Below are positions 17,831 to 25,691 of a DNA stretch of 64,000 bases, one piece after another (positions within the stretch are counted from its first letter, which is position 1; every line of letters starts with the position of its first letter). Location of the stretch: positions 888 through 64,887 of the forward strand of contig CALJEL010000013.1 of assembly GCA_938074335.1 (NCBI GenBank), read 5' to 3'. The notes beneath the pieces were generated by a model that ran no database searches, was not told where the DNA came from, and saw only the letters and a list, made by a program, of their open reading frames with translations. The stretch comes from an uncultured bacterium (lineage in GTDB: Bacteria > Nitrospirota > Thermodesulfovibrionia > Thermodesulfovibrionales > CALJEL01). A program made the translations under genes and the position numbers.

Positions 17831-20800
17831 TCAAACCTTAACCAATTTTACCTTCGTATCGTAAAAGGAGACACTTCCACCAACTGGATCAATCATGCAG
17901 GTATTCTTAAGATAAGGGTCTACCCACATAGCAGCATTGGCATGGACTCCTGTTGCCCTTCTTGGATCTCCCTTTATGACCTTTCCATCAATCACTATGT
18001 CTGACGCACCTGTAGCCCAGTGACCATATCCAAGGACAAAGGTTACCACCCCTGGTTTTATAGTCTCTGTTAATTTAGCCTTACCTATCATGGGCTTCTT
18101 TGTGCCATTCTTCAGATCCCATATGCCATCTGGATTTGTTGCTGATACAACCTTTACCCTGTCACCATCTTTAAGCATGAGTTTTTTAGCATCAAGAGGA
18201 TTAATTAATATCTCGTTTTCTGGCTTAAGGGCGAGCAACCAGTAATCCGCAGCAGTCCTTGACTTGGTCATGAGTATGTCTCTCTGAGTGATCAGACTTA
18301 AGGGGTAACCATCCACAAGGCCTGCCTCTTTTGGTGTCTTACCAGTAGTAATAGCCACAGGTATGTATGTGGCATATCCAGGTAGTGATTTTCCTGTAAA
18401 GGCACTTTTGGTTGTGGCAGTTTTTTCCTGATAGATATTTATGGATTTGCCATATTTATTTGCCACATGCTCACCCTTATACTGATCCTTGTAGTCCTGG
18501 AACCTACCACCCCTGTTCAGCACATAAACTACCTTCCTCCAGTTCGGCCCTGTAATTGCCTGCCATCTGTCTGGATCAAAGACCGTCCTTGGAAGATGTT
18601 TCCTTGATTCAAGGAAAAGTCTTATCTCTTCATCAGAGGCATCCGGGACAGGTTTACCATCTGTAGCCACATTTGCCACCATTCTTATATAAAAGTCATC
18701 AGGTCTTGTAAAGTCCTGACCCTCACCGAAGCCATTCTTACCAAATCCCTTCATGCCGAGTTTCTCAGCCAGTGCCATAAGCATTGCTTCAAAGGAACAG
18801 GGAATCTCCTCCCCGAATACCTTCACTGTCTCTGAAAGTGGTGCTATTACTGGCTGTCTGATGGGCTGAACCTTTGTAGGTATATTGGGATGTGAGCCAT
18901 GCATTTCCCATCTCTCAAGATATGAAAGATCCGGGAATATGTAGTCTGCATACATAGAGGTAGTTCCCACAATAATGTCACTGGCTACTATAAGAGGTAG
19001 TTTGTTTACATCAGCAAGGACCTCAATATTTGTGTGACCTGCTGGAAGCGCATAGGCTGGAGAACCCATGTAAAGAAATAGTGCCTTTACCGGATATGGA
19101 TAGGCATCACCGATGGATGGAATAACCTCTTCATAAATATCGCTTGACAGTGGCCACCAGTTCCGCTTTGCCGGATAACCATTAAAGAGGGTGGTGTCTT
19201 CATACTTTACATCATGTCTTATAATGCTGATTCCGAAGGGTGATGTCTTTCCAGGAGTCATCTTTTTGAAATCAAAGGCCTGACCCTCTTTGTCTCCCAC
19301 AATACTATAGGTAGAGGCAGCTATCATCCCGCCCTTCCAGTCAAAATTACCAATCAGTAGATTTACAGTCATTGCAGATGTAACATTATAGAATCCATTT
19401 GTATGCTGTGAAACTCCTCTATGGACCTCTACAACTGCCTTCTTTCCATAGGAGGTCAATTCCTTAGCAACCCATTCAATATCCTTGACAGGGATTCCAC
19501 AGATCTTTGACCACTCCTCCATGGTCTTTGAATTTGCAGCCTCATAAACTATCTGGAGTGCGCTCTTAACCTTAATACCATTTATCTCTGTATCTACTAA
19601 GAGATCACCTGTAATGGGATCTTTCTCATCATTTGGATCAACCGCCACGGGTTTACCATCCTTCATACAGACAAGATATTCAAAGTCATGCTCCTTTCCT
19701 TCTTTATCGGTCCTTTTTTCAACCTGGGCAATGCCAATCTCATGAGCCCTTAAGAACTTGCCGGGTTTTCCTTCTTTGTCAATCTTTACAAGTAATACTG
19801 CATTTGTCCAGGTTAGCTCACCAGCAGCCTTAGCAGCTGCCTTGTTCGCACAGGAGAGATACTTTTCATCATATCTTTTGTTCTTGATTATCCACTGGAT
19901 GATCCCTGCAAAGAAGGCTGCATCTGTGCCTGGTTCTATGGGAAGATACCTGGTAGCCTTTGCAGCTGCTTTATTGAATCTGGGGTCCACCACAACCAGC
20001 TTTGCTTTACCTTCAACAACTCTGGGTATCAGCCTGGCTGCCCTGTTGGGCGGTCCATAGTTTGCATCAAAAAGATTCGCTCCGACACAGAGGATAAATT
20101 CTGAATTTTCAAAATCTGCCTGCCAGTAAAACTTCTTACCACCTGTAAATTTATTATATTCATACTGCTCGCTCATGGCCTTACAGGTAAAATAAAGTGA
20201 TCCCTGACAGACTGTGGTATGACCGTGGGTGTTAACTGTGCCAAAATAGTCATTAAAGAATCTCTTGGCAAATTCAGTACGTCCACCCTTTTTCCTGCCC
20301 CACATATAGACGACCTGGTTGTTCTTTGGACCGAGGTCGGGATGATCAGGATCAATAAGCAAATGGAGATGATCCTTATATTTTGCTTTAAAGTCTTCCA
20401 CTGCCTTCTTTTTGTCCTTTGACTTCCAGATCGCCTTTACATCCTCTGCCATGTCCTTTGATAGCTTAGGATCTCTTAAGGCATAAAGATCTTTTAGGCC
20501 TGGAACCCATCTATTCTCTTCCCCTGGTACATGCTTGAAAATATCTCCACCATTTACAATCTCATTAATAGCCTGTTCAAAGGATATGGTCATCCATTTA
20601 TTCTCACCTCTCTTCCCAGCCCTTTTAAGCACCTTTGTTATCCTGTAGGGATCATAAGCAGTCTGCAAACCTGCCTGACCTTTAGGACAGATTGCCATGT
20701 CCACGGTGTTTATATCAAAGGGTGAAGTCTCATAAGGGATGTGAGGAACAGCTACCCAGGGACTATAGGGATTACCATCAATCTTTAAGGCAACGGCTGA

Positions 20801-21049
20801 CCCATTTTTTCTAAAAAGCTTTACCTTTATTCCGCAACCTGTGTTACACTGAAGACAAACTGTATAAAGGGTATTCTCAGCCCTGATCAGTTCATACTCT
20901 TCTTCAGGACTAAGTTCACCTGCCTCTGCCCTTCTTATTAAGTCCTTTGCCCACTCAAATTGTGTTGCAAGGAGTGCTCCTCCAAGCACAGCCGAACATT
21001 TTAAAAAATCTCTTCTATTTAAACCATTTCCATTCTTTTTGTCTTCCAT
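17831..21049 (-). CDS. Tat-exported molybdopterin (bis-MGD) oxidoreductase catalytic subunit, TtrA/PsrA-like (1072 aa)
   Basis: Twin-arginine leader NRRDFLKCSAVLGGALLA. FS0 cluster motif CLQCNTGCGI...CPKG. Candidate Mo ligand region HGHTTVCQGS. Size matches tetrathionate-reductase-like enzymes. Confidence 0.85.
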   Translation of the reverse strand: MEDKKNGNGLNRRDFLKCSAVLGGALLATQFEWAKDLIRRAEAGELSPEEEYELIRAENTLYTVCLQCNTGCGIKVKLFRKNGSAVALKIDGNPYSPWVAVPHIPYETSPFDINTVDMAICPKGQAGLQTAYDPYRITKVLKRAGKRGENKWMTISFEQAINEIVNGGDIFKHVPGEENRWVPGLKDLYALRDPKLSKDMAEDVKAIWKSKDKKKAVEDFKAKYKDHLHLLIDPDHPDLGPKNNQVVYMWGRKKGGRTEFAKRFFNDYFGTVNTHGHTTVCQGSLYFTCKAMSEQYEYNKFTGGKKFYWQADFENSEFILCVGANLFDANYGPPNRAARLIPRVVEGKAKLVVVDPRFNKAAAKATRYLPIEPGTDAAFFAGIIQWIIKNKRYDEKYLSCANKAAAKAAGELTWTNAVLLVKIDKEGKPGKFLRAHEIGIAQVEKRTDKEGKEHDFEYLVCMKDGKPVAVDPNDEKDPITGDLLVDTEINGIKVKSALQIVYEAANSKTMEEWSKICGIPVKDIEWVAKELTSYGKKAVVEVHRGVSQHTNGFYNVTSAMTVNLLIGNFDWKGGMIAASTYSIVGDKEGQAFDFKKMTPGKTSPFGISIIRHDVKYEDTTLFNGYPAKRNWWPLSSDIYEEVIPSIGDAYPYPVKALFLYMGSPAYALPAGHTNIEVLADVNKLPLIVASDIIVGTTSMYADYIFPDLSYLERWEMHGSHPNIPTKVQPIRQPVIAPLSETVKVFGEEIPCSFEAMLMALAEKLGMKGFGKNGFGEGQDFTRPDDFYIRMVANVATDGKPVPDASDEEIRLFLESRKHLPRTVFDPDRWQAITGPNWRKVVYVLNRGGRFQDYKDQYKGEHVANKYGKSINIYQEKTATTKSAFTGKSLPGYATYIPVAITTGKTPKEAGLVDGYPLSLITQRDILMTKSRTAADYWLLALKPENEILINPLDAKKLMLKDGDRVKVVSATNPDGIWDLKNGTKKPMIGKAKLTETIKPGVVTFVLGYGHWATGASDIVIDGKVIKGDPRRATGVHANAAMWVDPYLKNTCMIDPVGGSVSFYDTKVKLVKV

Positions 21050-21065
21050 AAATCAACCACCTCCT

Positions 21066-21896
21066 TTAAGGTAATATATAGTATACTCTTGGTTTTGTCT
21101 TGGGGTTGTCTAAAAAAACAGGAATACTTCCAGGATATCCAATAGCATCTGTAATAAATCCTGCTGTTTTACCTCTTAGATCTTCTTTCTTAAGCTTAAT
21201 TTCACCAGGGCTTTTTACCTCAGCAAGGAAGGTCACCTTGTTATTTTTGATCATCTTATAAATAAGGCTTTCTTTGTCTTCAGGATCACCAAAAAAGTTT
21301 GCCCTGCAGATACAGGTGCTTACGCACATTGGCAGCATCCCATTTTTTAATCTGTGATAGCAGAAATGGCATTTTCTTGCGTTGCCAATGGGGATGTGAT
21401 ATTTTTCCCTTGGCCATTTTCTACTGTATTCCCAGTTGGGAGCTCTTTCATATTCCTGAATAGCTGGGGTACCCTCTGTATAAAAATAACCGCTATCAAG
21501 GCCTCTTGCCTTATAAGGGCATGCTATAACACATCTTCCGCAACCAATACACTGCTCATAATTTATCATCACTATGCCATTTTTTGCCTTCCATGTGGCC
21601 TTGCCCTCGCCCTTATTAGGACAGGCATCAACACAGGGAGGCTCATCACATTGCTGACATGGTCTTGGAGTAAAGAGCCTCTTCACATTAGGAAAAATTC
21701 CTGATTCCTTCTCGTATACAGGCCTGTACATTATACCCGGAGGGCTTTTTTGTTCTACCATGCAGCCTACTGTACAGGCCTTACAGGAAGTGCATCTTCT
21801 CAGGTCTATGAGCATTGCCCATCTTGTCTGAGGCTTTGAAAGCGCCCTCCTTATATCTTCCTGAATAATAGTTAGCTCATCTTTTCCTTCAAACAT
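21066..21896 (-). CDS. 4x[4Fe-4S] ferredoxin-type electron-transfer subunit (DmsB/PsrB/TtrB family)
   Basis: CTSCKACTVGC, CQQCDEPPCVDAC, CIGCGRCVIAC, CHFC...CVSTC. There is no signal peptide of its own. Confidence 0.85.
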   Translation of the reverse strand: MFEGKDELTIIQEDIRRALSKPQTRWAMLIDLRRCTSCKACTVGCMVEQKSPPGIMYRPVYEKESGIFPNVKRLFTPRPCQQCDEPPCVDACPNKGEGKATWKAKNGIVMINYEQCIGCGRCVIACPYKARGLDSGYFYTEGTPAIQEYERAPNWEYSRKWPREKYHIPIGNARKCHFCYHRLKNGMLPMCVSTCICRANFFGDPEDKESLIYKMIKNNKVTFLAEVKSPGEIKLKKEDLRGKTAGFITDAIGYPGSIPVFLDNPKTKPRVYYILP

Positions 21897-22214
21897 TTAC
21901 CTCACCTCCTTCAGGTGACAGACATAACAATTGGTGGAAAGGTCAAAGGCCTGCTTGCCATTATGACAGACACCACAGGACCTTGCCTGTCTTCTGTGGG
22001 ACATCTTAAGTGATACATGTTTTTCCTTTGTTTCAAAGATGAATGGATGACATTCTGTGCAGGAAAATCCCATTGTCTCTACATGGGTATCATGATGGAA
22101 TATGACATTGCCTATATGCTTTACCTCATATTTGATGTCACCACCACCAATCCTTGCAAGTCCTGCTGAGCTTAAAATTAAAATTATTACTAAGCTTAAA
22201 ACAGGTACCTTCAT
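21897..22214 (-). CDS. Periplasmic triheme cytochrome c (c7/c3 family), copy 2
   Basis: Signal peptide plus three CXXCH motifs (CTECH, CGVCH, CYVCH). Paralogous to the upstream gene. Confidence 0.85.
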   Translation of the reverse strand: MKVPVLSLVIILILSSAGLARIGGGDIKYEVKHIGNVIFHHDTHVETMGFSCTECHPFIFETKEKHVSLKMSHRRQARSCGVCHNGKQAFDLSTNCYVCHLKEVR

Positions 22215-22230
22215 ACCATACCTCCTGAAT

Positions 22231-22539
22231 TTATTTTTTGTGACAGATGTAGCAATTTGAACCTACATCAAAGGCATTCTTGCCATTGTGACATGTACCA
22301 CATGCCTTTTTTGCCCTCATCTCAGCCATGGTGCGCTTTTTTTCCTTATCCCTTGGAAGAGGGAAAATTACCGGATGACAGTCATCACAAGTGAATCCCC
22401 TGCCTGTCACATGAGAATCATGACTGAAGGTCACATCACCAATATACTTAACCTTATAAGTTATGTCTCCACCACCTGCTGCAAAGGAAATACCGGTTAG
22501 AAAGGTAATTAACATAATAGCCAGTACGAACTCTCTCAT
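22231..22539 (-). CDS. Periplasmic triheme cytochrome c (c7/c3 family), copy 1
   Basis: Signal peptide plus CDDCH, CGTCH, CYICH. Confidence 0.85.
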   Translation of the reverse strand: MREFVLAIMLITFLTGISFAAGGGDITYKVKYIGDVTFSHDSHVTGRGFTCDDCHPVIFPLPRDKEKKRTMAEMRAKKACGTCHNGKNAFDVGSNCYICHKK

Positions 22540-22598
22540 TTTGCACCCCTTTCTTTTTTAAATAAATAAAAACCTGAAAATCAGGTTGTTATAAAGAA

Positions 22599-22614
22599 AG
22601 CAAATTTCATGCCA
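22599..22614 (-). promoter_or_regulatory. Sigma54 (-24/-12) promoter of the cytochrome/molybdoenzyme operon
   Basis: The minus strand reads TGGCATGAAATTTGCT, that is TGGCAT-N5-TTGCT. It ends 60 nt upstream of the ATG at 22539. Confidence 0.8.
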
Positions 22615-22656
22615 AATATTAACCATTTGATTTTAAAAAATTTTTATATTAATGCC

Positions 22657-22672
22657 GTTACTAAAAAGTAAC
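22657..22672. promoter_or_regulatory. Candidate enhancer (UAS) site 1, GTTAC-N6-GTAAC
   Basis: gttactaaaaagtaac has the same half-sites and spacing as 22744-22759. It lies about 45 nt upstream of the sigma54 promoter. Confidence 0.6.
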
Positions 22673-22743
22673 ACCAAAAGCAGATAGTTAATTTTTTCTT
22701 TTAAAATAAAACAGTTAAGAGAAGGTAAACAAAACAAGCACAT

Positions 22744-22759
22744 GTTACGAATTTGTAAC
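22744..22759. promoter_or_regulatory. Candidate enhancer (UAS) site 2, GTTAC-N6-GTAAC
   Basis: gttacgaatttgtaac lies 87 bp from site 1 and about 130 nt upstream of the promoter. Confidence 0.6.
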
Positions 22760-22843
22760 CTATAACCCTCTACCACAGCAGGCATTGAAATTCTTAAAAT
22801 AACAGCATCAGTCTTTGAAGTTTCTTCAGTGGTGGGAGCCTGC

Positions 22844-24196
22844 TTAAATCTCTATACCATAGGCATTGAGCTTTTCCCAGAGTGTCTTTCTACTTATACC
22901 GAGAAGCTCAGCAGCACGGGTCTTATTACCCCCTGTAAGTTTTAGGACCCTGAGGATATGTTCTTTTTCAGCCCTTGCTGAAATCTCTGAAAGGGATAAG
23001 GCCTGAGTAGTGGCAGAAGCAACAGTTGAAGTGGAGGACTGAGAAATTGGAAGGTCCTCTCTATTAATAATCTCTCCTGAGCAGAGGATAACTGCCCTCT
23101 CTACTATGTTTTCAAGTTCTCTCACATTGCCAGGATAATCATATTCAAGAAGTGCCTTAATGGCATCTCTTGAGAACCTTACATTCTTTCTTAAATGGGT
23201 GTTAAACTTCTTTAAGAAATGCTCCACAAGGAGAGGTATATCTTCTTTTCTATCTCTTAAAGCCGGGATCGTAATGGGTATAACATTCAGCCTGTAAAAG
23301 AGATCCTCTCTGAATCTTCCTTTTTTTACCTCTTCTCTGAGATCTTTGTTTGTTGCGGCAATTATTCTTACATCCACTTTTATAGTCTCTGTCCCACCAA
23401 CCCTTTCAAAGGTCTTATCCTGAAGAACCCTCAGTAGCTTTGCCTGGGCAGAAAGTGGTAGATCTCCTACCTCATCAAGGAAAATAGACCCACCGTTTGC
23501 AAGTTCAAATCTCCCTGCCTTTCTTCTGAGAGCTCCTGTAAATGCACCCTTTTCATGACCAAAGAGCTCACTCTCTATAAGGCCCTCGGGAAGGGCTGCA
23601 CAATTCACCTTCACTAAGGGCTTGTCCCTTCTGGGACTTTGATAATGGATTGTGGTTGCCACAAGCTCCTTGCCTGTGCCGCTTTCACCACTGATAAGAA
23701 CAGTGGAGTCAGAAGAGGCTATCCTTTCTACCATAACAAGCAGTTTTTTTATAGCCTCGCTTTCACCAATAATTGATGAAAGACCATAACATCTCCTTAC
23801 ATCCTGTTTAAGTCTTAGATTTTCCTGTCTGAGTTTTTTAAAATCTATTGCCCTTTCTACAAGAAGGATGAATTCTTCCAGGGAAAAGGGTTTTGTTATG
23901 TAATCAAAGGCACCAAGCCTCATGGCCTCCACAGCATCCTTGATTGTGCCAAAGGCGGTAATCACTATTACAGGTGCATCACTCAGAATGGGTATTTCTC
24001 TGAGAAGCTCTATCCCGTTTCTATCAGGAAGCCTGACATCAGTAACAATGAGGTCAAAACCTCTTTCCTTTAGAAGAGAGAAACCTCCCTCTGCATTTTC
24101 AGAAGAGTACACCTCATAATCATTAGCCCTCAGGCTATCCTCAAGGGTTATCCTCATCAGTTTATCATCTTCTATTATGAGTACACTACCTTTCAT
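22844..24196 (-). CDS. Sigma54-dependent response regulator (REC, AAA+ and Fis-type HTH; NtrC family)
   Basis: LIVTDVRLPD; GESGTGKELVA; GAFTGA loop (EKGAFTGA); C-terminal NKTRAAELLGISRKTLWEKL. Confidence 0.9.
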   Translation of the reverse strand: MKGSVLIIEDDKLMRITLEDSLRANDYEVYSSENAEGGFSLLKERGFDLIVTDVRLPDRNGIELLREIPILSDAPVIVITAFGTIKDAVEAMRLGAFDYITKPFSLEEFILLVERAIDFKKLRQENLRLKQDVRRCYGLSSIIGESEAIKKLLVMVERIASSDSTVLISGESGTGKELVATTIHYQSPRRDKPLVKVNCAALPEGLIESELFGHEKGAFTGALRRKAGRFELANGGSIFLDEVGDLPLSAQAKLLRVLQDKTFERVGGTETIKVDVRIIAATNKDLREEVKKGRFREDLFYRLNVIPITIPALRDRKEDIPLLVEHFLKKFNTHLRKNVRFSRDAIKALLEYDYPGNVRELENIVERAVILCSGEIINREDLPISQSSTSTVASATTQALSLSEISARAEKEHILRVLKLTGGNKTRAAELLGISRKTLWEKLNAYGIEI

Positions 24197-25691
24197 AACT
24201 TTGAAAAGGAAAACTCAGTATAAATCGACTCCCTCTACCCTCTTCACTTTCAACCTTTATATCTCCATTATAACTCCTTACTATCTCATAGGTTAACCAT
24301 AACCCAAGGCCTGTTCCTTCACCCGGGGGTTTTGTTGTAAAAAAGGGATCAAATATCCTTGAAAGATGTTCTTTTTTTATGCCAGGGCCTGTATCGCTTA
24401 CCTCTATGATTAATGAAGAGTTATTCATTGATGCAGAAACCCTGAGCTCGCCACCGTCAACCATCGCCTGAATAGCATTTATAAAAAGGTTAAGTATAAT
24501 CTGCTGAAGATCCTGAGGATCTACAGTCATTGTCAGTACATGCGGTACATCATTGATAAACCTTAGATTCAACTTTCTACCCCTGAATTCCACGAGCCTA
24601 TATACAGCATCAACAGCATCCCGTATATTTATCTCCTGCTGATTTGGCTCTCTCTTTCTTGCCATATAAAGAAGCCTGTTTACAGTGGTCTCAATCCTTT
24701 CAAGTCCTTCTCTGATAAGATCAAGATATTTCTCTCTCAGGGCTGGATCGTCTCCCTTCTGCTTGAGTATCTCAAGACAGTTAAAAAGTCCTCCAAGGGG
24801 ATTGTTGATCTCATGGGCAATCCCTGATGCAAGGATCCCTATGGATGCAAGCCTCTCCGACTGCATTAGCCTTTCATGGGTCTTTCTTAACTCTAACTGT
24901 GCATCCCTGATCCTCTCCATAAGGGAGTTGAATCTTTCTGTAAGAACAGCAATCTCATCCATACCCCTGACAGGTATTTTAATATCCAGTTGTTCTCCTC
25001 TCATCTGTTCCATCGTATTTGCAAGCTCTGTAATTGGTCTTATAAATCTCTGACTGAGAAGCACTATCATACCAAAACCCGCTGCAAGAAAAATGGCAGT
25101 AAGAAGGGCAATCCTCCATACCGTGGCTGTTAATTCCTTTTTGACCTTCTCAAGAGAAACACCGAACTTAAGTGTACCCCATCTTTTTTTACCAATGGAT
25201 AAAGGAAAGGAAAAATCTATAGCCGGTCTATCATTATAAGTTAAATGTTGCACCATGGGTGAGTCTGAGTTAAGTGCCCGCAGCGTGATGCTGTCAGAGA
25301 GGACCTTTCCATATTCAGTAATATCATTATGAGATATTACCTTTCCAGATTCATCAAGTATTGCTAAATAAAGGAGGTCTATGTCCCTTCTGTGAAATAT
25401 CTCAATTATATAATTATCCAGAAGACCTCCTTCCTCTACAAGCCCGAGCCTCTCATATATAAGGTCATTTATAATAGGTATTGCAAGGGTCTGTCCAAGA
25501 AGTCTTCCCTGTCGTTCAACCTCTTGATAGAGTATCTGTCTTTCTCTCTGAACTGCTATAACGCCAAGAATCGACATAAGAATAATAATCGAAAGCCCTG
25601 TGAAGATTATAAATCTCTTTTGAAGCCCTGGCCTGAAGATTGTCGTTAAGAAAGTTAGAATTTTATCTTTGGATGACATCCTTTGCCACAT
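24186..25691 (-). CDS. Membrane sensor histidine kinase (2 TM, extracytoplasmic domain, HAMP, HisKA, HATPase)
   Basis: AHEINNPL H-box, N/G boxes (NLFINAIQA, DTGPGI, GTGLGL) and two hydrophobic spans flanking about 150 aa. Confidence 0.85.
   Translation of the reverse strand: MWQRMSSKDKILTFLTTIFRPGLQKRFIIFTGLSIIILMSILGVIAVQRERQILYQEVERQGRLLGQTLAIPIINDLIYERLGLVEEGGLLDNYIIEIFHRRDIDLLYLAILDESGKVISHNDITEYGKVLSDSITLRALNSDSPMVQHLTYNDRPAIDFSFPLSIGKKRWGTLKFGVSLEKVKKELTATVWRIALLTAIFLAAGFGMIVLLSQRFIRPITELANTMEQMRGEQLDIKIPVRGMDEIAVLTERFNSLMERIRDAQLELRKTHERLMQSERLASIGILASGIAHEINNPLGGLFNCLEILKQKGDDPALREKYLDLIREGLERIETTVNRLLYMARKREPNQQEINIRDAVDAVYRLVEFRGRKLNLRFINDVPHVLTMTVDPQDLQQIILNLFINAIQAMVDGGELRVSASMNNSSLIIEVSDTGPGIKKEHLSRIFDPFFTTKPPGEGTGLGLWLTYEIVRSYNGDIKVESEEGRGSRFILSFPFQSYER

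Noticed and set aside
17831-21049. A selenocysteine (in-frame TGA) in the molybdoenzyme
   Set aside because: The 1072-codon frame is uninterrupted, and a Cys occupies the likely ligand position. No SECIS-like hairpin is needed or seen.
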